Source: Candidatus Bipolaricaulota bacterium
GTDB lineage: Bacteria; Bipolaricaulota; Bipolaricaulia; M55B111
Length of the DNA stretch: 60,767 bases
Reading direction: 5' to 3'
Assembly (NCBI GenBank): GCA_018335015.1
Contig: JAGXKX010000004.1
Location: 1 to 60,767 of the forward strand
Positions 1-8,689 of the stretch are shown piece after piece (position 1 is the first letter of the stretch; the number at the start of each line of letters is the position of its first letter). Position numbers and translations under genes: made by a program. A model generated the notes under the pieces. It did no database searches, was not told the DNA's origin, and saw nothing but the letters and a program-made list of their open reading frames with translations.

Positions 1-155
1 AAAAATCAGTTGAGTGAACATTTTTGATCTCAAATCACTGTATGTCAGCATTACCTGAGTGGAACCATTAGGACTAAGAAGGATCATTAAAACTCATTTC
101 CCCCTCGATGGGGGAAAGAGAGAATGGGGGTGATTGGGTCTTAAAGCTAATAAAG

Positions 156-1460
156 TTACCTTATCCTCTCTTTGATCAGTTCCGGTTTCGCGGTCCGGGA
201 AGGGGTCAGTGTGAAGGCTTCGCGCACCAGTGGTTTTGCCTCTTCCAGGTTCGAGTCGTCGTTGTAATGTATCGTCGCGACCCTGCCGGAGCTGGGTACT
301 TCGTCCCCGATTTTCTTCTCGATTTCTATTCCGACGGCGTGATCTATTTTTTCTCCCTTTTCCTGCCGGCCCGCGCCGAGGATGTTTGCTGCCCTGCCTA
401 TCTTTAAAGCATCAAGGCCTGAGACGTAACCTTCTCCGTCAAGTTTTACATCAACCCTATTTTCGCTGGTTGGAAGCAGGCTCGGGTCTTCGATAATTTC
501 AGGATTTCCGCCCTGGTTTTTTATTAGCCTTTCGAATTTTTCCAGAGCAAGACCCGAAGCCAGCTTATCTTCGGCAAACTCTACGCCTTCTTCAATCGAA
601 TCGACCTTTCCGGACTGGAGGAGAAGTTCGGCTACAAGGTTTACCGTTACCTCCCGGAGTTCTCCCGAGGTTTCATCCTTCAGGACTTTTATCGCTTCCC
701 GGACCTCCAGAGAATTACCTACCGCGCGACCGAGGGGCTGGTTCATGTCCGTTATAAGGGCGGTTACGGTTAGACCTACTTCCTTTCCTATGTCGACACA
801 ACCCTGAGCCAGCTCCCTGGCCCTCTCGAGTTCCTTCATTATGGCCCCGGCGCCGGACTTGATATCCAGGACGAGGCCGTCGGGACCGCAGGCAATTTTT
901 TTGCTCATGATACTGCTTACGATCAGGGGGAGGGATTCGACCGTTCCCGTCACGTCTCTCAGCTCGTAAAGCTTCTGGTCGGCGGGAACGAGATCGGAGG
1001 TATGTTCCATTATCGCCATTCCGTCCTTCTCCATTCCTGTAAGGAATTCTCGGGTGTCGAGACTAACCCGGAACCCGGGAATCGACTCCAATTTATCTAT
1101 GGTCCCGCCGGTATGTCCCAGACCTCTGCCGGAGAGCTTGCCTATCTTTAACCCCACGGCTCCGACCAGCGGAACCAGGACCAGCGAGACGGAGTCCCCG
1201 ACTCCCCCGCTGGAGTGCTTGTCGACTTTAATCCCATCTACAGAGGACAGGTCGAGCTGTTTGCCGGAGTTTGCCATGCTCGTTGTGAGTTTGGCCGTCT
1301 CTTCCCGATCCAGTGAATTAAAGTAGACCGCCATGAGGAAGGCGGACATCTGGTAGTCAGGCACTTCACCCGCTACGTAGTCTTTTACTAAGCGATCGAT
1401 TTCAGGGGGTGAAAGTTTCTCGCCGTTTCGTTTCTTGACCAGAGTGTCGAGGAAATTCAT
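156..1460 (-). CDS. pdp: Pyrimidine-nucleoside/thymidine phosphorylase
   Basis: 434 aa; DKHSSGGVGD, SGRGLGHTGGTIDKLESIPG and SIMSKK motifs; last gene of nucleoside ABC operon. Confidence 0.95.
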   Translation of the reverse strand: MNFLDTLVKKRNGEKLSPPEIDRLVKDYVAGEVPDYQMSAFLMAVYFNSLDREETAKLTTSMANSGKQLDLSSVDGIKVDKHSSGGVGDSVSLVLVPLVGAVGLKIGKLSGRGLGHTGGTIDKLESIPGFRVSLDTREFLTGMEKDGMAIMEHTSDLVPADQKLYELRDVTGTVESLPLIVSSIMSKKIACGPDGLVLDIKSGAGAIMKELERARELAQGCVDIGKEVGLTVTALITDMNQPLGRAVGNSLEVREAIKVLKDETSGELREVTVNLVAELLLQSGKVDSIEEGVEFAEDKLASGLALEKFERLIKNQGGNPEIIEDPSLLPTSENRVDVKLDGEGYVSGLDALKIGRAANILGAGRQEKGEKIDHAVGIEIEKKIGDEVPSSGRVATIHYNDDSNLEEAKPLVREAFTLTPSRTAKPELIKERIR

Positions 1461-1465
1461 TTTAA

Positions 1466-2374
1466 TTATTCCCTCTGATAGGGCTCTCCTAGTTTATCGG
1501 GAAACCTTGCCCTACCAATTGCACCAGCAACGGCGAGTAAGGTTACAATATAGGGAGTCATCAATATGAACTGCCAGGGTATGTATTTCTTCACCCCGGC
1601 TGCGCTCGAAACCCAGACTCCCAGACTGTCGAAAAAGCCGAAGATAAATCCTCCCAGTAAGGCGAGAAGGGGATTTAGCTTGCTAAATACTACTGTGGCC
1701 AGAGCGATAAAACCTCGACCGGCCGCGAGTTCTTTGGTGAGTACTCCAAACCAATCTAAACTCATAAAGGCGCCGCCCAGTCCGGCCAGCATAGCGCCGG
1801 AAACTGTCGCAAAGAACCTGATCCTCTCTACATTTATCCCGGCGACATCCGCCGCTCTCGGGTGTTCGCCACAGATATTTATTTTCAGGCCGAGCTTTGT
1901 ATTTGAAACCAGATAATATACCAAAAAGACTATTACCAGAGTCAATATCGTTATATAGCTTATTCCACCGAAAGGTGTATCAATTTTTGGCATTCTCGCA
2001 GAAGCAGGAACTATGTGGTGTCCGGGGGTTTGCCAAACTGCGATAAGGCCGAAGGCTATAAGACCTCCGCCGAAAAGGTTGATGCCGACTCCGCTTATTA
2101 CCTGGTCACCTTTGAGATAAACGCTGATAAACCCGTGTAGTGCGCCGATCGCAAAACCCGTTACTATACCTGCCAGCAGTCCGACGTAGGGGGAGCCCGT
2201 CGCCTGGGCACTGACAGCACCGGTAAAAGCGCTTATCAGCAATATCCCCTCGAGGCCTATGTCAATTACTCCCGAACGCTCTCCAATTATTTCTCCCACT
2301 GCAGCGAGGGTGATGGGAACCATGGCGTTCAAAGAGATGACCAATATTCTGAGAAAACTAGTAAAAAATTCCAT
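1466..2374 (-). CDS. Nucleoside ABC transporter permease (YufQ/NupC-like)
   Basis: Hydrophobic 302 aa; ERSGVIDIGLEG, GEHPRAADVAGI and GRGFIALA motifs. Confidence 0.9.
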   Translation of the reverse strand: MEFFTSFLRILVISLNAMVPITLAAVGEIIGERSGVIDIGLEGILLISAFTGAVSAQATGSPYVGLLAGIVTGFAIGALHGFISVYLKGDQVISGVGINLFGGGLIAFGLIAVWQTPGHHIVPASARMPKIDTPFGGISYITILTLVIVFLVYYLVSNTKLGLKINICGEHPRAADVAGINVERIRFFATVSGAMLAGLGGAFMSLDWFGVLTKELAAGRGFIALATVVFSKLNPLLALLGGFIFGFFDSLGVWVSSAAGVKKYIPWQFILMTPYIVTLLAVAGAIGRARFPDKLGEPYQRE

Positions 2375-2376
2375 GA

Positions 2377-3462
2377 TTAGCTGGCTTTCACCTCATTTAT
2401 CCAGTTCCTCACGGCTGGCAGTAGCTGGTTCGACAGCTCAATTAGTTCGGGTGCTGCGAGGGCAATAATAATTACCCCCTGAATAATCCTTACCATTTCC
2501 AGAGGCACGCCGGCCGTTATCTGCATGGTCCGGGCCCCTACGTTGAGACCGGCGAAGAAAACTGCGGCGAAAATAACGCCTATCGGGTGGTTTCGTCCAA
2601 TCAACGCAACGCCTATTCCATCGAACCCCAGGTTTCTTACGGTCGACAAATCGGAATAGAGAGCGTAGGTAGGTGGGTGACCGATTATCTGCAAAGCCCC
2701 GGCTACACCAGCAGCCAGACCACCAAGAATAAATGTGGAGTTAATCGAGTAGTTTTCTTTTATACCCGCGTAATTGGCGGCGGCCGGGTTTTGCCCTACT
2801 ACTCTTAATTCAAACCCGAGTGTCGTCCGCCAGAGGAGGAAAAAAATCAATAAAGAAAAAGCGAGAGAGACAAACAGAGCGTATGTAAGGCTCGTCCCGC
2901 TAACCATTATGGGTAACCTGGAAGTGGTGGCGGCACTGATGGACTTCTCGGCTCGCTGGGGGTCTCCCAGCCATTCTACAACCGCGTACATTCCAAAGTA
3001 GAGCGCAACCCAGTTCAACATTATAGTCGAGATTACTTCGTGGACTCCTCTGGTTATCTTTAGAAAGGACGGGGGTAGGCTCCAGATGGCACCGGCCATC
3101 GCCCCCGCTATTATTGCAACCAGTACGTGAATTCCGGAAGGAAGAGATAATAAGCTAACGGAAATTGCCGCCAGCGCCCCCATGAATACCTGACCTTCCG
3201 CCCCTATGTTGAATATTCCACCACGGACACCGATTGCAAAAGTGAGACCGGTCAATATGAGCGGAGTAGCCCGGGCCAGAGTAGAGCTGAACCCGTAAAA
3301 ACTTCCAAATATCGCTGTAAACAGCGCATCGTAGGCGCCAAAAGGTGCATAACCCCATATAGCCATGATAATTGCTCCCACAGCTAAACCGATGAGGCCG
3401 GCCAGAAATGAGTTTAATATTGGTTTAACCTGCTCGTATATACGTGTAAGCATCTCATTCAC
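2377..3462 (-). CDS. Nucleoside ABC transporter permease (YufP/NupB-like)
   Basis: Hydrophobic 361 aa; FNIGAEGQ, EVISTIMLN, GFDGIGVALIGRNHP. Confidence 0.9.
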   Translation of the reverse strand: MNEMLTRIYEQVKPILNSFLAGLIGLAVGAIIMAIWGYAPFGAYDALFTAIFGSFYGFSSTLARATPLILTGLTFAIGVRGGIFNIGAEGQVFMGALAAISVSLLSLPSGIHVLVAIIAGAMAGAIWSLPPSFLKITRGVHEVISTIMLNWVALYFGMYAVVEWLGDPQRAEKSISAATTSRLPIMVSGTSLTYALFVSLAFSLLIFFLLWRTTLGFELRVVGQNPAAANYAGIKENYSINSTFILGGLAAGVAGALQIIGHPPTYALYSDLSTVRNLGFDGIGVALIGRNHPIGVIFAAVFFAGLNVGARTMQITAGVPLEMVRIIQGVIIIALAAPELIELSNQLLPAVRNWINEVKAS

Positions 3463-3476
3463 CAGTAGTTAATTTT

Positions 3477-5024
3477 TTATGCCCCGGTCATAATCATTCC
3501 CAGTTCACTCTTGTCAGCTTCGTCAGAGTCGACAATTCCCACCACGTTACCTTCGAACATTACCGCGATTCTGTCGCTCAAAGAAATTACCTCGTCCAGG
3601 TCCTCGGATACAAGCAAGATCGCCGAACCACTGTCCCGGAGGTCGATGAATAACTCCCATGTGTGACTTACAGCCCTCCTATCTAGTCCGTGAGTGGGGT
3701 GAGAAGCGATAATAATCTCGGGGTCTCTCCAGCTTTCCCTGCCAAGGATCATTCGCTGAATGTTTCCTCCCGATAGAATCCTGGTTTCCGACTTCCAGAT
3801 GTCCGGTGCTATCACGTCAAATTCTTCTATTATCTCTTCGGCGTGATTGGTTATGGCAGAGCGATTTAATACGGAGTGCCAGGAAAAAGGAGAATCCCGG
3901 TAATCCCGCAGGACCATATTCTCACCTACGGTCATCGGTTCCACGACACCTATTTCCCTCCGTTTTTCCGGCATGTGGGCGACTCCCTTTTCCTGAATCT
4001 CGCGTGGGGAAGCATTGGTCATATCTTCTCCTTCTATGATGAGACTGCCCTCGTCTATCTCTCGAAGTCCCGTTATCGCCTCAATTAACTCGGATTGCCC
4101 GTTGCCTGAGACTCCTGCCACACCGAGAATTTCTCCTTCGTGGAGGTCCAGTGATACACCGTTTAACTGCGTATTCCCCCTTGGTCCCGTGACGTAGATA
4201 TCCTCGACAGAGAGGGACGTGCTCTGTTTCTTGAATTCTTTCCGTTCGAGATGAATGGGAATCTTTTCGTCCAGCATCATTTCTGTCAGTTCCTCTTCGT
4301 CCGTCTCCTCGATGTCGGTTTCCCCCATGACTTTTCCTAATTTCAGGACGGTTACCCGGTCGGAAACCTCCATTACTTCCTCCATTTTGTGGGTAATAAA
4401 AACTATCCCGAATCCTTCGTCAGCCATCCCCCGGAGGACTTTGAATAGTTGCTGGGCTTCTTGGGGAGTCAGGAGCGAAGTGGGTTCGTCGAGAATGAGT
4501 ACTTGTGGCTCGTGGTAAAGTACTTTCAGGATCTCGGCTCGCTGCTGTTCTCCCGCGGAGAGGTCGCCAACTCTGACGGTTGGGTCGACCTCCAATCCGT
4601 ACTTCTGGGATAACCTATATACTCTGCTTTCGACCTTGTCAAGGGGGTAAGAAAAATCCGAATCGTCCGTACCCAGGGTCACATTTTCGGCCACCGTAAA
4701 TGGTTTTGCCAGCATTACTTCCTGGTGGATCATCCCCACGCCGTGCTCCAGACCGTCCTGAGGCGAGTTTAGTTCGACCTCTTCACCCTGGATGTATATT
4801 TTACCTGCCGTGCTTCCGTAAAAGCCGGAAAGTATATTTGCCAGAACTGTCTTCCCTGCTCCGTTTTCTCCCAGCAAGGTGTGGACTTCGCCCTCTTTTA
4901 CGTCAAAGTCTATCTCGTTGAGTATTAGATGCTCCCAGACGCCAGGGAAACCTTTAGAAATCCCCTCGGCTCTTAGCAGGGTTCTTCCGGTATCTTTTCC
5001 TTCGGCGGTATCTGTTTTTGGCAT
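3477..5024 (-). CDS. Nucleoside/sugar ABC transporter ATP-binding protein (tandem NBD)
   Basis: Walker A GENGAGKT, LILDEPT, second NBD with LSGGNIQR. Confidence 0.92.
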   Translation of the reverse strand: MPKTDTAEGKDTGRTLLRAEGISKGFPGVWEHLILNEIDFDVKEGEVHTLLGENGAGKTVLANILSGFYGSTAGKIYIQGEEVELNSPQDGLEHGVGMIHQEVMLAKPFTVAENVTLGTDDSDFSYPLDKVESRVYRLSQKYGLEVDPTVRVGDLSAGEQQRAEILKVLYHEPQVLILDEPTSLLTPQEAQQLFKVLRGMADEGFGIVFITHKMEEVMEVSDRVTVLKLGKVMGETDIEETDEEELTEMMLDEKIPIHLERKEFKKQSTSLSVEDIYVTGPRGNTQLNGVSLDLHEGEILGVAGVSGNGQSELIEAITGLREIDEGSLIIEGEDMTNASPREIQEKGVAHMPEKRREIGVVEPMTVGENMVLRDYRDSPFSWHSVLNRSAITNHAEEIIEEFDVIAPDIWKSETRILSGGNIQRMILGRESWRDPEIIIASHPTHGLDRRAVSHTWELFIDLRDSGSAILLVSEDLDEVISLSDRIAVMFEGNVVGIVDSDEADKSELGMIMTGA

Positions 5025-5032
5025 TATAAAGT

Positions 5033-5065
5033 AAAAAACCCACCGGGATTTCCCGGTGGGTTTTT
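5033..5065 (-). terminator. Intra-operon hairpin (terminator or mRNA stabiliser) after the binding-protein gene
   Basis: AAAAACCCACCGGGA-TT-TCCCGGTGGGTTTTT perfect stem with A/T tails on both sides. Confidence 0.7.
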
Positions 5066-5077
5066 AGTTGTTATTTT

Positions 5078-6286
5078 TTATGGATATTCTTTTCTAACGT
5101 CTTTCATTTCCTCTTCGGTCGAAGGTGCTGGCGGAGTTAGGCTGCCACTTACTATAAGGTTCTCCAGTTCGTTGACCCCGGTCCAGACGAAGTGCGGAAT
5201 TTCCTCTCTCATCTCAAGCCAGTTATCCTTTATCGTATCGACGTCTTCTTCCTTGATCTGGTCTCCCTTCAGACCGAACTGAATAAAGTCAACTAGTTGA
5301 TTGTAACGACTCATGCCAACACCCTGGTCATCCAGCCCTAATACTTCCGTTCCACCTTCAAAGTTTCCCTCAACTGCACGCTTCACCGCTATGTAGGAAG
5401 CTCGATCCACTCTCTTCATTCCACTTGCAAGAACTTTATTGCCGTTTCCCATATAATCCTGATTTGCGTCAACTCCAATCATGAACGGAGGGCCTGCCTC
5501 TTTTCCCTGCTGGTTGAGTTTATCCTTGACCGCTTCCAGTATCCCCAGACCTAGAGGCCCGGCGACGTTGTAAACCAGACCTGCACCCTGAGATATCTGA
5601 GCGTTGGCGGAGGATTTTCCTTTTGCGACATCGCTGAACGTGCCGGTGTAAGTCCAGAGCAAATCGACGTTTGCCTTCTCTCCCGTGACCTTTTCGTAAT
5701 AATCCAGCCCCCATTTTATCCCGAATCGGTAGCCGGCTTCGAACTTCCAGAGTGGCGGTATTTCAATGCCAAGAACGATGCCCACCTTTGAGTAATCGTA
5801 GTGGGCCGCGGTCATCGCGGCTAGAGCGCCCACCAGTGCACTGCTTTGCTGTTCTTGGAATACGAAGTTAAGTACATTGGGCTGATCGACTACGGCATCA
5901 ATTAGGGCGAAGTTCTGGTCCGGAAATTGCTTTGCTGCTGTTTCGATGGCGTCTGTTAGAAGGAAACCTACTCCTATTATTACTTCGTAATCGCCAGTAC
6001 GGGCTAAATTTCTTACATTAGGAAGATAGTCAGCCTCGCTTGCCGGTTGAGCGACCTGTAGTTCGACTCCGAACTCGGCTGCGGCTTCGTCCGCACCCTT
6101 GAACCCCATGTCGTTGAAGCTTAGGTCTCCCCGACCTCCGACGTCAGTGACTACTGCAATCTTCTTTTTGTCCTGAGCAACGGCATTGATTCCAAGGCTG
6201 GAAACTATAGTAATTCCAAAACTTAGCAGACCAATAACTAAGGACAAAGCAATAAATCTTGTTATATTCGAGTTATTCCTAAACAT
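5078..6286 (-). CDS. BMP-family nucleoside-binding protein
   Basis: Signal peptide; DVGGRGDLSFND, IGVDANQD and SGMKRVD motifs. Confidence 0.9.
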   Translation of the reverse strand: MFRNNSNITRFIALSLVIGLLSFGITIVSSLGINAVAQDKKKIAVVTDVGGRGDLSFNDMGFKGADEAAAEFGVELQVAQPASEADYLPNVRNLARTGDYEVIIGVGFLLTDAIETAAKQFPDQNFALIDAVVDQPNVLNFVFQEQQSSALVGALAAMTAAHYDYSKVGIVLGIEIPPLWKFEAGYRFGIKWGLDYYEKVTGEKANVDLLWTYTGTFSDVAKGKSSANAQISQGAGLVYNVAGPLGLGILEAVKDKLNQQGKEAGPPFMIGVDANQDYMGNGNKVLASGMKRVDRASYIAVKRAVEGNFEGGTEVLGLDDQGVGMSRYNQLVDFIQFGLKGDQIKEEDVDTIKDNWLEMREEIPHFVWTGVNELENLIVSGSLTPPAPSTEEEMKDVRKEYP

Positions 6287-6399
6287 AATACCCCCTTTAT
6301 AAGGTATGAGTGAGTCGTTATTAGTTCGAGCCAGGAAAGTTTTCTTAAATCACCCCCCTGATTAAAAAAGTATAAAAAGTGCTGGCCAGACCCGCAAAT

Positions 6400-6654
6400 C
6401 TAAGCCTGGATTATCCTAGCCATAGTTCTATTTACTTCAGTTTTTTCTCCCTGTTCGATAAGGATATCGTCGACCATTCCATCCGTCGGAGATTCGACGG
6501 AAAACGTCGACTTCATAGTTTCAATTTCCGCTATTTCCATTCCCTTTGTTACTTTGTCCCCGGGAGATACCTTCCACTCTACAATGCTTATTTCTTCGAC
6601 TTTACCTAACTCCGGTACTTTTACGTCTACGCTGTCTGACAAGTCGATCACCAA
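6400..6654 (-). CDS. Stand-alone lipoyl/biotinyl carrier domain protein
   Basis: 84 aa; W-KV-PGD-V...IETMKS...VESP-DG pattern. Confidence 0.8.
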   Translation of the reverse strand: MVIDLSDSVDVKVPELGKVEEISIVEWKVSPGDKVTKGMEIAEIETMKSTFSVESPTDGMVDDILIEQGEKTEVNRTMARIIQA

Positions 6655-6901
6655 CTTTAGGGAGTTAAATTGCCAACTGATTTTTTGAGTACATTTATTT
6701 TACGCAAGTTCCGCGCGGTTGATCAAGTACGATAATCAAGGCAAAAACCTCGATTTGGGCTCGGAGTTCTATGCCCGAATTCAGAATACCCTTAGATATT
6801 TAGACGGTTAAATATAGATCTTCCGCTTGGATTTAAACACGACCAGTAAAAATTGACTGGAACTTCGACCTTCTATTTCAGGTTATGCGGGTTATGACAA
6901 T

Positions 6902-8353
6902 TCAAGCTTCGTAGCTGGAGCGGATTTCTTCCTTTAGTTCCTTTATTTCTTCGTAGAGAAGAGGAGTGTCTTCGATCATGCTGTCTATTTTTTTGTGGGA
7001 GTGCATTACCGTGCTGTGGTCACGACTCCCGAACTTCTTTCCCAGGGCCGGAAAAGAACTGTCCGTCAGCTCGCGGGAGAGGTAGATCGCTATGTGTCGT
7101 GCCCGGGCGATCTCTTTCTTCCTGCTTTTTCCTTCCAGGTCCTCGATGGATAGATCGTAATTGCTCGTGACGACTTCTTTGATGGAGCCGACTGTGAGCT
7201 CTTTGGGCTCACTCGACTCGTCCGGTAGGAAGCTTCGAACCTCTTCGATTTTTAGCTTTCCGCCGGCGAGGTTCGCGTGGGCCACGGCTTTTATCAGGGC
7301 GCCTTCCAGAGCCCGTACGTTGGTCGATACCCTGGTTGCAATTAGCTCCAGCACTTCGTCGTCAACTTTTAACCCTTTCTGAGCCGCCTTTTTCCTGAGT
7401 ATGGCCACTCGAGTCTCGAAGTTTGGCGGCTGGATGTCCGCGACCAGACCCCACCTAAAACGCGATACGAGCCGATCCTGGAGGTCGGAAAACTCCTGTG
7501 GAGATCGGTCCGAAGTCAGGACGATCTGCTTGTCGTTCCCGTAAAGTTCGTTAAAAGTGTGAAACAGCTCCTCCTGAGTACCCTCTTTGTTTTCGAGGAA
7601 CTGTACGTCGTCGAGGAGGAACGCCTGAACGGATCGATATTTATTCCTGAATTCGTCATTTTTATTCTGCCTTATCGCCTGGATCATCTCTATGGCGAAC
7701 CTCTCCGAGGATGTGTAAATTACCTGGCCAGCAGGGTTCTGCTTTTTCAGGTAATTACCGATGGAGTGCAGGAGGTGCGTCTTGCCCAATCCGACTTTTG
7801 AATATAGAAAGAGAGGGTTGTAAGATTCTGCCGGCGATTCAGCCACGGCTCGACTGGCCGCGCTTGCAAGCTGGTTGCTCTTGCTTTTTACGAAATTGTC
7901 AAAGGTGTATTCTCTGTTGAGAGCCATCTGGCCGGCTGTATTACCGGTTCTTTCCTGGCCCTCGAGGGGGGTAGAGCCGCCCCCCGAGGAGGCCGGACTT
8001 GAGGGTTCTTCGGTTGAATTACCGCCGGAACTGACTGGGGGAGGTTGGAGGCTCGTTCCGTCCAGATTTTCTTCACTTTCAGTTGCCTCGTCACGCTCTT
8101 CCGGTTCAGCTACCTGAACGCTGACCTCTTTTTCCTCACCGGTCAGCTGTTTAACCGTGGACTTTATTAGGTCCAGGTAGCGTTCTTCCAGTCCGCGTTT
8201 TATAAAACCGCTGGGAGCTGATAACTCAATCCGGCCGTCCTGGAGGTCAACGGGTTCTAGGTTGTTGACCCAGGTTTCGAAGCTCGCCTCCGGTAGCTCC
8301 TTCTCTAGATTTTTTTTGATTTCCTGCCAAAGATGCACAGTTTGTTCACTCAT
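6902..8353 (-). CDS. dnaA: Chromosomal replication initiator DnaA
   Basis: YTFDNFV, YNPLFLY, GLGKTHL, QEELFHTFN, RDHSTVMH. Confidence 0.97.
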   Translation of the reverse strand: MSEQTVHLWQEIKKNLEKELPEASFETWVNNLEPVDLQDGRIELSAPSGFIKRGLEERYLDLIKSTVKQLTGEEKEVSVQVAEPEERDEATESEENLDGTSLQPPPVSSGGNSTEEPSSPASSGGGSTPLEGQERTGNTAGQMALNREYTFDNFVKSKSNQLASAASRAVAESPAESYNPLFLYSKVGLGKTHLLHSIGNYLKKQNPAGQVIYTSSERFAIEMIQAIRQNKNDEFRNKYRSVQAFLLDDVQFLENKEGTQEELFHTFNELYGNDKQIVLTSDRSPQEFSDLQDRLVSRFRWGLVADIQPPNFETRVAILRKKAAQKGLKVDDEVLELIATRVSTNVRALEGALIKAVAHANLAGGKLKIEEVRSFLPDESSEPKELTVGSIKEVVTSNYDLSIEDLEGKSRKKEIARARHIAIYLSRELTDSSFPALGKKFGSRDHSTVMHSHKKIDSMIEDTPLLYEEIKELKEEIRSSYEA

Positions 8354-8689
8354 TTTATATATCCCGGAAAATAATAATACATACTTTCGAGACCCATTTA
8401 CAAATCAATCATTTTCGAGCACTATTTTTCTATGCACCATATCAAGGGGGATAGAGTAATTTTTTAACTAAAGCTTCCTCCCACGGGCACGTTGAACTGA
8501 TCGGATTGGATCAGGATGCTAGGGACTCCCATCCTCCCGAACTTCGAGGAGATTTTTCTAAAATGCCGACCTAGATCCTCGTGTTTTATTTGGCTAATAG
8601 GCTGGTAAGTACCTATGAGCGGTCGTATAAGTGGGGTTAAAAATTTGGAAAAACGGGGAAGTCCCCGCCCTGAGGGCTGGACGGGAAAA

